A program made the position numbers and the translations under genes. DNA of 63,222 nt, the filler included, from Thraustochytrium aureum (Eukaryota), in NCBI GenBank assembly GCA_012862495.1. It is 6 parts of 4 records of this genome, joined end to end, with 100 filler letters (N's around TTAATTAATTAA, not from the genome) between each part and the next. Parts side by side here need not be neighbours in the genome. Positions count along the whole stretch, not along the records: positions 1 to 15,527 come from BLSG01000055.1; positions 15,628 to 43,664 come from BLSG01000056.1; 4 more parts are not named here. One strand, 5' to 3'. Shown here piece by piece: positions 10,901-22,100 of this stretch; within the stretch, counting starts at the first letter, position 1; each line of letters begins with the position of its first letter. Below the pieces are notes generated by a model that saw only the letters and a list, made by a program, of their open reading frames with translations, did not search any database and was not told the origin of the DNA.

Positions 10901-11976
10901 TCACTACACGGCCCAGTCAGCACGCGGGACCCGTCGCGGACGAGGCATACTTGGCCGTCCCCGTTGGCGCTCAAAGACACCGAAGCGTCCACTTGCAGGC
11001 CAACCAATGCCTGAAGGTCAAACTCGCAGTCAGCCGATCCATTGGCCACGGGCTTCCACGGTGAGAGCGCGTCAACGGCAAGACAGCCTCCGCCGGCGCT
11101 CTCGATGTTTCCAAACTCGCCGACAACAAGGTGCTGGCTGGCGCTCCCGTCGCAATTCATCGCTGTGACGCCAAGGAGAGGGTCAAGGCTGAGGCAGGTC
11201 GCACCGTCCATTGCCTTGAAAGCCGTCTTGTCCACAAACCACATTTGGTCAGTCGACGCAGTGCACGGCCCCAGGAAGACCGACTCCGATGTGCGCGTGA
11301 TGCAATGCGTCGTGTTGGCCCAAGTGCGCGGCGCGTCTGCAAATCCGATAATAAACGGCGAAGACAAGGCACCATGCACAACCAACGTACTGTTCGTGCA
11401 CGTCGGGTCAAGATAGACGCCGTCGCCGTCGCCTTCAGCAATGCACCCAGCAACAGAGCTTGACTCGACCCAGATCGATACGCCATCAGGCGCGAGCGTT
11501 GCCGAGGTCGTCGGCCCCAGCGCGAGATCCAAGAGCAGCCCGATGCCATTTTCGAGTTTGCCAGACGCCAAGATAGTCCAGGTCTGGGCCTCGGCTGAAG
11601 TTTCGCGGCACGTCTCGAGGCTGGCCTTTGCGCCAACTTCGAAGGCGGACAGACAGGTAGTGCCGTTCGCGCTTGCGAAGCGAAGCCGGGCTGACACTGG
11701 GACAACGCTGTGCCCGCCGCCCCCAACAACGCGTTGGGCCGAGTCGTTGTCCAGACCGCTGTTCCCCGCGACAAGAAGAAGAACAAGAGCCGCGATTCCG
11801 ACAAAGACGGAAACGAGCGCGCCTGCCATCATGACGCTGCGCGTACGCCAGCCAAACGCCGGCGCCTCCTCAGGGACACCTAGTCGGACGGGCGCTCCAG
11901 CCGTGCGAGGCATGGTGTCGCTCAGCGTGACGAAGCTCGCCAGCTTCCCGCTCTTCGATTTTCGAAAACCGCGCAT
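1989..11976 (-). CDS. Large (~3,300 aa) type II membrane/surface protein: ricin-B-like lectin, beta-helix-like, multiple PAN/Apple, F5/8-type C (fucolectin-like), PTPR linker, hydrophobic helical domain, acidic linker, and a C-terminal domain with an HNH-like motif. Reconstructed across frameshifts and 2 gaps.
   Basis: ATG at 11976 (MRGFRKSK) is followed by a TM segment (ALVSVFVGIAALVLLLVAG). Ricin-type motifs: CLSAF..C....AQTWT and GPCTASTDQMW. Repeated PAN motifs C...C.....C.....Y.....C.L. Fucolectin motif ALAVDG...HT...WWAADL...VRIFNR...RLLGA. ORFs 7690-12150, 7305-7790, 6601-7512, 6240-6692, 3858-6221, 3454-3978 (frame open from 4377) and 1989-3473 overlap or abut across gaps; the junctions examined need only 1-nt shifts. 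The join of the 1989-4200 part is inferred. Confidence 0.65.
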
Positions 11977-12037
11977 CGTGTCCTTGTCCCCGTTCTCTTC
12001 TCCTCTGCCAACACTCCTTGTTGGTTCACGCGTGTAC

Positions 12038-12118
12038 TGCCTCGCTCGCTGCCTGCCTCGCTCGCTGCCTGCCTGCCTCGCTCGCTGCCTGCCTCGCTCG
12101 CTGCCTGCCTCGCTGCCT
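12038..12118. repeat. Compound tetranucleotide microsatellite (GCCT/GCTC)n upstream of the minus-strand lectin gene
   Basis: The sequence tgcctcgctcgctgcctgcctcgctcgctgcctgcc... is read directly. Confidence 0.9.
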
Positions 12119-13010
12119 GGTCGTTGATGTGAGCAACAAGTGTCCAGCATGAGGATTGCGGGTTCTTCACGTGGTGTCAGTTTGAGGGTGATCTTCCATC
12201 AAGGAGCTGAGGGTCCATCGAGTGCGGCACGATGTGTGTGCATTGGGAGGAGAAATGAACTACCAACACCAGGGACCTCCTTGCTAACACCCATGCCATT
12301 TCAACTTGAATACTACAGGCTGCTACTACAGAGTAGGTACGGTAAGCAAGAACTCTTCTAGCCAGCGCGTCACTCGTCACAAAGTGTCGCCGTCACGATA
12401 GGCTGCAGAAGGTAGGGAGTACCTACCGCACCTACGTTTCTCAGCGCCTTTTTTGGGTACAAGTAGCCGCGGGCCCGGGTCGGGTTTCCCCGGTGCCCTG
12501 CGGTCGGATGATGATCCTCCTTCGCAGCCGCGGGCAGTGAGAGTGACTTCACGTCCGACCAGAAAATTTGTGGCACCGTCTTCAGATGTGGCCGGACTGA
12601 CTCATGAGTGGGAGGGGAGCCCACCGGCGTCTCGCCAAGCTCATGACCGGGGGAGTACGGTACTCGAGTACGAGAGTGGCCACAAACCGAGGGGAGGGGC
12701 ATCTACAGTCAAGCACAGGCTTCCGAGCCGTGCCGGCACATCCTGTGTGAGACAGCATACAGAGGAATGCTCCAGGAACAATCGATTCAATCCTCTCAAA
12801 CCCCAAATGCCCCCAATAGTTGTCGCATTTTATGCCTCCACGACGCCTCGTAGTCGGGCGAGCCACGTTGACAACCAATGAGCAGCTGGTCGGCGGCAGA
12901 GCCGCAACGCAGACAAGGTTCGCAAGCGCCGGCGCAAGGCGTTTCTCAAGTTGCAAACCACGGAGCGCATCGCGGAGCAGGAGCGGCAACGCGGCGCACG
13001 CACAGCAGGC

Positions 13011-14468
13011 ATGATGAACCGCCTCGTCCTTTCTGTGACTCTTGCGATCTTGGCTTTGGTCGCAGCAAGGGGCCAAGAGCTCGATTGGGCACAGCTGGGC
13101 GCGGACATCGACGGCGAGGCTAGTTGGGACTCTTCTGGCTATTCGGTATCCCTGTCGTCAGACGGTAGCGCGGTCGCGATCGGGGCACCTTGGAACGATG
13201 GGGCAGGCATCAATGCGGGCCACGTCCGCGTGTATACGCTTGACTCGGGTGTCTGGACCCAACTTGGCGCCGACATAGAAGGTGAGGAGCCTCGTGACTA
13301 CTCCGGCGGGTCGGTATCACTCTCCTCGGACGGCAGAACTGTCGCGATTGGGGCGATAAGCAACGACGGGACGACAGGCAACATCGAAGACAATCGTGGC
13401 CACGTCCGCGTGTACCGCTTCATCAACGACGCCTGGACGCAACTGGGCGCCGTAATTGACGGCAAGGCCGCTCGTGACTATTCTGGCCGAGTGTCACTCG
13501 CCTCGGACGGCGAGACGGTTGCGGTTGGGGGGTCAGGCAATGATGGGACGACAGGCAACATCGAAGNNNNNNNNNNNNNNNNNNNNNNNNNNNNNNNNNN
13601 NNNNNNNNNNNNNNNNNNNNNNNNNNNNNNNNNNNNNNNNNNNNNNNNNNNNNNNNNNNNNNNNNNNNNNNNNNNNNNNNNNNNNNNNNNNNNNNNNNNN
13701 NNNNNNNNNNNNNNNNNNNNNNNNNNNNNNNNNNNNNNNNNNNNNNNNNNNNNNNNNNNNNNNNNNNNNNNNNNNNNNNNNNNNNNNNNNNNNNNNNNNN
13801 NNNNNNNNNNNNNNNNNNNNNNNNNNNNNNNNNNNNNNNNNNNNNNNNNNNNNNNNNNNNNNNNNNNNNNNNNNNNNNNNNNNNNNNNNNNNNNNNNNNN
13901 NNNNNNNNNNNNNNNNNNNNNNNNNNNNNNNNNNNNNNNNNNNNNNNNNNNNNNNNNNNNNNNNNNNNNNNNNNNNNNNNNNNNNNNNNNNNNNNNNNNN
14001 NNNNNNNNNNNNNNNNNNNNNNNNNNNNNNNNNNNNNNNNNNNNNNNNNNNNNNNNNNNNNNNNNNNNNNNNNNNNNNNNNNNNNNNNNNNNNNNNNNNN
14101 NNNNNNNNNNNNNNNNNNNNNNNNNNNNNNNNNNNNNNNNNNNNNNNNNNNNNNNNNNNNNNNNNNNNNNNNNNNNNNNNNNNNNNNNNNNNNNNNNNNN
14201 NNNNNNNNNNNNNNNNNNNNNNNNNNNNNNNNNNNNNNNNNNNNNNNNNNNNNNNNNNNNNNNNNNNGCGCCAACTCCGGATCCTGCCTTGGGTCTGTAT
14301 GTCGGCATTGGCGGCACTGGCGCTGTTGTGGTGGTGATGTCTTTTGCGGTAGGGCTGAGTGCTTGGTGCCGCCGCCGCCGTCGTCTCGCTGATACGGGTT
14401 TGACGGAGACGGTCTCGGCCAAGCACAATGCGGCTGTTGTGGCCGAGTTAGACAACCCAGCGCCTTAA
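13011..14468 (+). CDS. FG-GAP-type beta-propeller repeat type I membrane protein (middle section in an assembly gap)
   Basis: Signal peptide MMNRLVLSVTLAILALVAARG. Repeats W.QLGADIDGEA..D.SG.SVSLSSDG..VAIGA..ND....GHVRVY. After the gap come APT, a TM helix (LYVGIGGTGAVVVVMSFAVGLSAWC), RRRRR, a short tail and TAA. Confidence 0.8.
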   Translation: MMNRLVLSVTLAILALVAARGQELDWAQLGADIDGEASWDSSGYSVSLSSDGSAVAIGAPWNDGAGINAGHVRVYTLDSGVWTQLGADIEGEEPRDYSGGSVSLSSDGRTVAIGAISNDGTTGNIEDNRGHVRVYRFINDAWTQLGAVIDGKAARDYSGRVSLASDGETVAVGGSGNDGTTGNIEXXXXXXXXXXXXXXXXXXXXXXXXXXXXXXXXXXXXXXXXXXXXXXXXXXXXXXXXXXXXXXXXXXXXXXXXXXXXXXXXXXXXXXXXXXXXXXXXXXXXXXXXXXXXXXXXXXXXXXXXXXXXXXXXXXXXXXXXXXXXXXXXXXXXXXXXXXXXXXXXXXXXXXXXXXXXXXXXXXXXXXXXXXXXXXXXXXXXXXXXXXXXXXXXXXXXXXXXXXXXXXXXXXXXXXXXXXAPTPDPALGLYVGIGGTGAVVVVMSFAVGLSAWCRRRRRLADTGLTETVSAKHNAAVVAELDNPAP

Positions 14469-14961
14469 TGAATACTCTTGCACTCTGAGTACTCGTACAT
14501 GAAGAAATTGAGAACTTGAGGCGATGGTAGAAGGCGCGCACACGCTGCGCGCCTATTTCGCGAAGAGGCACAGCGGGCGGAGCTGGTTGGTCTATTCGGG
14601 TCGGGTGGGTGGCGCGGAGCTTCCTCCGGTTGACGCGCTTGCCGCAGGAATTATGTTCTGCGCCGCTCGCATTGTATTGTCGCATATGGGACGAGACGGT
14701 GCGGTGGCCGCGACTGCTCCGGGACTCGCGCTTGTCCCGCGTGATCGCCGAAGGGCCCATGTTTGCTTTTACAGGCTGACTGGCCACGAGTCGCGATGCC
14801 GAAGTCGAGGCCGCGGAAGCCGTTGATCTGCACCGGTAGGCGAACAAGAAATCCATTGTGTGCCTTCGTTTTTGATGTTCTCCATGTGGTTGGTGGTGTT
14901 AGAATCCACGCCATTGAAGACGGGAACGACGCTACATGAGACGACACTGAAAAACAAAGAA

Positions 14962-15022
14962 CGAAGGCACTGCCTTCGGGGAAAAACGACGATGTGGTGC
15001 TGCCTAACTTTTAGGCAGCACC
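14962..15022. other. Two adjacent perfect inverted repeats (hairpins)
   Basis: CGAAGGC-ACT-GCCTTCG at 14962-14978 and GGTGCTGCCTAA-CTT-TTAGGCAGCACC at 14996-15022 (12-bp stem). Confidence 0.85.
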
Positions 15023-15121
15023 GACCGGGACATCCCGCTGCGCCATGGTGGCCGCACGCTGAAGAGGACCCAAACCAGGCCCATGGGGGCGGGAAGCCCG
15101 TTCCGAATCAAAGGTACTCAG

Positions 15122-15527
15122 ATGACGCAGAATTTGACGAATGACAGCCTTGCGATGCTGATACGAAACGTCCGTGACAAACTGGTCAACAATCACCTTC
15201 GGATCAAAGTAGTTGGCCCAAGCAATGCCGCGAAATACACTGAACAGGAGGATGCCTTCCGCTGCGCCAACGCGGCAGCTTGTGCCGCACCGTGGAAGTG
15301 ACAGACCCCACCGTAGAGTGCGAACTACTCTGGCGCACTGCCCGTGCTCCTCAACCAGACGGCTACGCCTACAAGCCAGCCAACGACGTTCCGCGAGACG
15401 CGTCGGTGCCGCCCAACGAGACCGGGGAGTGCATGATGCAGCTCGCGCTCGCCTTCTACAAGACCGGCGTCAAGGTCTACGGCTCCTCACGCTGCGGCTG
15501 GACCACGCGCCAGCGCGAGAACTTCGG
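15122..15527 (+). CDS. Partial protein ending in a thioredoxin/glutaredoxin-like motif; truncated at the scaffold end; start uncertain
   Basis: ...MQLALAFYKTGVKVYGSSRCGWTTRQRENF resembles the 'L...GAKMYGA.WC..C..QK..FG' start of Trx-like domains. One apparent frameshift lies near 15285. Confidence 0.45.
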
Positions 15528-15627
15528 NNNNNNNNNNNNNNNNNNNNNNNNNNNNNNNNNNNNNNNNNNNNTTAATTAATTAANNNNNNNNNNNNNNNNN
15601 NNNNNNNNNNNNNNNNNNNNNNNNNNN
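15528..15627. other. Artificial scaffold linker (N44-TTAATTAATTAA-N44)
   Basis: This 12-mer has stops in all six frames and is flanked by 44 N on each side. The same 12-mer is at 43709, 58766, 60267 and 61703. Confidence 0.97.
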
Positions 15628-16157
15628 GCGGAACCTAACCTGCCCCGCACTACCCTCCCTCCCCACTGCCTCCAGTGCACACCGGTGAGCGAGTTCCCTC
15701 CAAAGGGGCAGGCGACGGTGTGCGTGAGTTCCGGCGATGTGCAGCAACGGTCGAGGTCAGAGGGCGCGTGAGTGGGACGCGCGGGCAGAGAGAAACAAGT
15801 GCAGGCGCGAGGCGAGGCAGCAGGCTATCCAGGCAGCAGGCAGGCTATCCAGGCAGACAGCCAGGCAGTCAGGAAGAAGGGCAGAGAGGCAGAGAGCAGG
15901 GGCGCGTTGGCGTCAGGGTCTCGTTCTGGCGACCCTGGCAGGTGGGGGAGGGATTGGTTTCGTCGTGTTGGTGGCGGTCGTGTGGGCCTGGGCCTGGCGC
16001 TGACGCGGCGATCGCGCGTGAAAAGCCAAGGCCAGTGTGCTGGGACGAGCGCACGAGACGCGCAAGGACTGCTGCAGGACTTGCGAGGACTTGACGGACG
16101 GGTGGGTGGCACGGCTGGAGGGAAGAGGGTTCTGACGCGGTCGAGGCTGCGGCGACG

Positions 16158-19100
16158 ATGGGGCCGTGGCGGGCGCTCACCGCGCTCGTAGTGTTGATAC
16201 TTGAGACCGCGGGGAGTGGGAGCGCAGCAGCGCCAGGGCGGTTCTTGGTCAATCTGCCGCACCTCTTCGGCGAGTCGGCGCTGCCTGTGACTGGCTGGTC
16301 TGACTCACTCGGACTCGCCATCCAGCTCGCTCCAGGGCAAGTCTCGGCCTCCGTGTGGACACATGAGGAGCAAGTGTGGGTTCGGGTAACTGCTGTTCAC
16401 GGCACGCTCCTTGTCACGCAGCGCACAGGCCTGTACGCCGCCCTGCCAGATACCACAACGGCGACGTTCGGCCATCGCGCAAAGGTCGTCTCCTTCAAAG
16501 GGAGCCTCGAAGACGCAAATCGAGGGCTCGCCAGCCTGAGATACACCTGCGACGAAGGATGGGCAGGCGTGGACCACGTCGAGCTGAGCGTGAACGGTGC
16601 ATTATTAGCCACTCTTCCGGTAGAGACCAAGCTTTCGCCAAGCTCTATGGCGCAACAAACGATTCGCGTAGAATCATTGCGCGGGTTCGTCGACCAAACG
16701 GTGTGGGAAGGCAGGTGGTCGCGTCCGCATTTGGGCCTCGCCAATCTTCCGCCTGACGACCAAGTCTGGCAACATCACCATACATACCCAGAGTGCAGCG
16801 CTCGCTGCGATTCACCTCGGCGGCGCCGCGGGTCCTTCAGGAACTTTTCCCGCTGCCGCCACAGCGCAAGCAGCACTGGACGCTCTGGAATACGAGCCCG
16901 CGCCAGGTTGGAGCGGGGACGATTTCGTGCGTGTACTCGCGTATGACGGCGAGTCTGGGCACAATGACAGTGCCGTCGTCCGGGTACGCGTGCACGCCGT
17001 AAACAGCGTCCCAAGCATCAACGTTCCAACGGCGCTTACTGTGACGCAAGGGCGCGACACCCTGGTGCCCGCAGTTATGGTGTCAGACAGCGACGGCGCT
17101 TTCGCGCTCTCGAGATCAACCTCCGCGCGCGTCCACTTGGGAGTCACGCATGGCTCCCTGCGTCTCCTGTCATCCGAGGGGGTAATGCTTGTCTCAGATG
17201 TCACGTCCACCCCAGGGTCAGAGCCAGCGTCGCACGACCTCGTTCTCAAGGGCTCGCTGGCTAGTCTCAACGCAGCTCTCCAGACTCTCATCTACCGCGC
17301 TAGCGCAAGCTTTCGCGGTCAAGCCGTATTTCAGGCCTGGGCTGAGGACACGGAAGGCGCTGCGAGCGCTGTGCAACGCACCAACGTCACTGTCCAACCG
17401 GCGCACAGCGGCCCAAGACTCGCTCAGTCTTTTCCGTCGCCCACTCTGACAGCGACCATGCCAGAGGGTGGCCACCTTCTTGTCGCGAGTGCGTTTCAGC
17501 TCTCTGTCGAGACCTTGGACAACGACCCTCGCGATGCCGTGCAAGTGCGCTTTGCCGTGAGCGAGCCTTGGCACCAAATCGAAACCGGCGCGTTCTTTCG
17601 TCTCTCGGAAGCGCCTCCATATTGGGTGAAAGTCCAAGGCAACGGAACTCGAGAGCTAACTCTCCAAGGGCCGCTACAGGACCTGTCAATCGCGCTTGCT
17701 TCTGTGGCCCTTCACCCAGCCGAGAGGTGGAACAGCTTGGTTTCCGGCCACGCCCTGTCGCTCACTGCAAAAGTGCCAGGCGGCGGAGCGCTTCAGTTCC
17801 ACGTGTTCGTGCACGCAGTAAACGAGCCGCCACAGCTCACCGCGGCCTTCAATGGCACAATCCTCAGCGCGCGAGCTGGGCGCGATACACTGAGCCTCCC
17901 CCTTCGCCTGTCTGATTCGGACGACGCGCAGGGGGCGNNNNNNNNNNNNNNNNNNNNNNNNNNNNNNNNNNNNNNNNNNNNNNNNNNNNNNNNNNNNNNN
18001 NNNNNNNNNNNNNNNNNNNNNNNNNNNNNNNNNNNNNNNNCTTCTTCCGTTTGAGACGGCACGCGTCGATATCGCCGCGGCGACGGGCACCGAGCCTTGC
18101 GGCGAGCTATTTTTTGCCCCACAGGCACCTGCAAGCGTTTCGCCCGCGGTTCATATCTCGATGCCGTCGCGGGACAAGACGGGGGATGCGCTACTCAGCG
18201 TTTACGGCTCTATGGCAGCAGTCAACGCGGCCCTTTCTGCGCTCCAGTTTCGAGTCGCAGCAGACGCCCCTTGCGCACTCTCTGCAGCGGTTGACACAAC
18301 CTTCACCGCGCGCGCAACTGACGCCCTTGGCGCTGCTTCGCGGCAAGTCACTTGGACAACGCGAGCCATTCCGCACTCTACGTCGCTCACACTCGATATC
18401 GGCCGGTCAACTCCGTTTTTGATCCCAGCCGACGCTGCAACCGGACTCGGCGTCAACATAGGTGCCGTGCTTTCTCTTACTCGAACGCACGGCACGGATG
18501 CAGCCGACGGCAGCTCTTACACGTTCTGGGCAAAGGCTCGATTCGGGACCTTGGAGGCCAATGCGGCACTTGCGCCTGGCGTGCGAGTCATTTCAGACGA
18601 GGAGGGACGCTCGCTCGTCGCCACTGGGTCTAAAGGCGCCTTGCTCGAGGCCCTCGTGCGGAGCATCCAATACAAACCGCTAGCTGGATGGGCTGGGCTC
18701 GAACGCGTCCAGCTCGAGCTGCGAAAGCTCCAACCTGGGGCGCGGGAGCCCTCCATAGTCTCTGCCAAGTCTGTGGCAGTGCATGTCCAGCAAAGGCAGC
18801 ACGCTCCAGAACTTCAATGGCGGGCAAAGTCGAACAGCGTACGCTCGGTTATTCGGAACGACGCGGGGAATTGGGAGATCTCTGCCTCGCTCAGCGGCCT
18901 TTCTGTGTCGGACGAGGACACCGCAGGACCGATTCTTGTCGCTATCTCAGCTCGCAGGCCTGGCGACGGCCGCAGTTTCCGGCTTGGGACGCCGCCAAAC
19001 TCAATCGCCAACCACGGAATCATGTTCTTGGGGCCCAATCGCGTCTCGGGCACGGTGTTCGCGATGAACCGCGCATTTGCAGACCAACACTTGGTCGCGT

Positions 19101-22100
19101 TTTGGGAGGAGCCATCGAGGCCTACGAGCGGCGCGATTCGCATTGACCTTACTGCGACAGTCTCAGACCAGAGCCACCACGCAGGCCTAAACTTTTCGCT
19201 CAGCGGCCTTCGCGCAGGGACCATTCCCGCCAGGTTCGACATCTTGCTTGACGAGATGCGCGATCCCTACCCGTCGCTCTTGGAGAATCCGATCGTCGCG
19301 GAATACGAAGTGCTGACGCCGTTGCCCTCTGTTCGAGTGCATGCCGCTGAGAGGGATCCTGGCGGCGGCAGTTCGGGTCATCGTGCGCTGCAACGCATGC
19401 ATTCTTGCTTCTCTTGGCTCGCAACAGGGGCGAGACGTGGTCCAGGTCGATAAAACTGAGCCGTCCACGCTGTCGTTCCTCACCGTTGCGAAAAACGTAG
19501 CGAACGCTTTGAACGGTCTATCCTACCGCGGCACAAGGGTGGGAGCTGACACGGTCTCTATATCGGTAGCACTTCCCGCCTCAAGCTCGGACGAAGAGTC
19601 GGATGCAATGTTCCGAGTGCGAGTCGTTCGAGGAGCTGGCCGTGTCGCAATCAACGCTGCCGCTGTGCCGTCCAACTTTGATATCGAGGTAAACGGGGAG
19701 CAAGCCGCTCCGCTTTTCGATCCCGACAGTGCTGCCCTGCTCACGGGTGAGCCTTCTACAATTGTGCGTGTAACTGCTAGCCTCCAGCCTCCCACTGCCG
19801 CCCACCTCGTGCTTGTTCCTGTGCACGCACCCGGAGTGCACATCGAGCAAGCCGACGCAGAAGGCCTGCGGTTAAGGGGGACTCTGTCTCAGGTAAACCG
19901 CGGGCTCCTGGCAATTCGAGTGTCCGTCACAGGGGCAGCTGGCAGTGCAGCTGTTCACATCTCCCTCCAGGAGCCGCTGCTGGAGTCGGTAACCGTCCCG
20001 ATCAGCTACAGGGCAGTCCGACCGCCAGCCCAGAAAGCTGCTCTAACGTTTGCCTCATTTGCATTGCGGCCGCCAAACGAATATGTCTACACCACGACCC
20101 AAGGCGCTGATATTGCGGTCGCTGACGCCGGCTGGAACTTCCCGAGTAGTGCCGAGCTGGGGAGCGCTGCGCAAGTCCCCGCCCGCCTCAGGGTCTCCGC
20201 TTCCCATGGCAGAGTCCATATCGGCGATGGCTTTGGAAGATTTTCCTCCCGAGCCGCGACTTGCACCAACAACGGAAGCAGGCGCACTCGAAGTGATTTG
20301 CACACTTGATCAGGTGCAGGCACTGTTGGAGACGCTCAGGATCCAGTTCAGTCCTGGATGGAGCAGCGTCGTATCTGGAAAGGCCTGCTGGGTTGATATC
20401 TCGCTCGCCGCATTCGATGCCGACGGGATTATCGACTCGGTGCGTTTTCCGGTCAAGGTTAGCCCTGTCGAGCAGCAGCTTGATATCTCGGCTCCACAAT
20501 CTGGAATCGTGGATCCTGTTTCTGGTTTGTTGCTCGGCGAGGTGCAGGTAAGCGTTCAAGGCGACCCGTCGAGCATCCTGATCGGGGTGGAGTTTGAGTA
20601 TCCCAGCGAGTTGGGTTCTCTCTCGCTGCCGCCAGCGTTGGAGGCGGTGAGTGCAACTGAGCCAAGCTCCGTGGAGGGAAAAGGCACGGCCAAGGTCCGC
20701 ATTGCGACGCTGCGAGTCGATGTTCTCAATGCCGGCCTCAAGAGAGCCAAGTTTGGCGCCTCGTCGCATCTCGCTGCAGGGCAGCACAGCTCTGCAACAT
20801 TGCGGATTAGCGCCTATCTCGCTTCTGACTCTTCTGTCGTCGCCAAAACGGAGATTTCGTTAGCAATCGCGCCGGCCGCGCAGACCCTGTCGCTCCTCAC
20901 ACCCACCGAAGTAATGGTTGTGGATCAGGGCGGCCCGGCATCGGCTGTCGAGGGCCTCCGCCTGAGAACAAACGGGATGCTCGAGAGCGCAGTGGTCGCC
21001 GTTGCGGTGGAAAGTGCCAACGGCGGCGACATCTCAAGCTGGCTGCCGGGCAGTCTGAGGCAGCCAGAGTGCAACCATCCCGCAACAGGCAAGATGAATT
21101 GCTACCTAGAGGCTGCCGAAGCAACCAAGCTCATCGAGGCGGGCATTCAGTACAGGCCTCCTGCTAACCTGACGGGAATGGATGAAATCAGAGTCGTGGT
21201 CTACCCTGCGCAGCGGCACGACCAACCCGCCAGTTTTGCGACCGGGAACGTGGCTGTCGCTATCCGACCACAACCAACGATCCCGCAGCTGCACCTGGCG
21301 CTGCCTTCTGCTTCTCAAATCGCAGACTACGTTTTGCGAACGAGGCCCTCGCAAGGACGCGGTCTGGCCGTTTCCTTCGAGTCCACCAACTTTGAGTTTG
21401 AGGACTTGGCCGGAGATGTAGACGCGACGATTACTCTAACCCCACCGAGCGCTGGGGCTCTACGCTTGCAGCGCGGATCTCTCGCCAGCCCGTTTCTGGA
21501 GCAGCTAGAGGACCAGCGTCTCGCCGGTGTGCTCGGCTTTCGTGGGGCTCTTGGTGTTGTCAGGCAAGGCCTGCGTGAGCTTGAGCTTCATGTCGCGCAC
21601 CCGCTCGCCCCTGGGCTTGAGCGAGTCTCGATTTCAGCGGTCGTGGAGGCTGTTCGCGGCGAGATGCGTCGACAAGTCGCCGAAGCGACGGGTCTTCTCG
21701 ACCTGGGCGCGCCGCTGGCCGCTGGCGCACCAGCGAACAGCCTTGCAGTATCTCTGGGAGAGTGCAACTTTCAACAGCCGGTAGTGATTCCTCAGGGCGA
21801 CCAACTATCGCTCGCCTCAGCAACCGTAAAGCTCGACGCGTGGGCTGCCCCGCCGCCAGGTCGCATAACAATCCTTGCAGAGGCGAGGTTTGGTTCACTC
21901 GAGTTTGTCGCAGGAACCCCAAACCAGCAAAGGCCAGAACATGGGCCCGCGACCTCTATCCGCGTGTCTGTCGCAACCATGTCGCAAGCAGAGCAAGCAT
22001 TTCGAGCCATCCTCTACCGCCCAGACCCGACGTTTTACGGGATGTGGGACACCGCACAGACCGCAAGTGGCCCAAGTGCTAGCGGAGGCTTCCCGAACAA

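Noticed and set aside
13423..14856. ORFs that span N gaps in the ORF track
   Set aside because: Their length is inflated by X residues, and the frame across gaps of estimated size is not meaningful.
15572..15583. TTAATTAATTAA palindrome recurring five times (also 43709, 58766, 60267, 61703)
   Set aside because: It is always centred in an N spacer, so it is an artificial six-frame-stop linker. Gene adjacency across these joins is not reliable.
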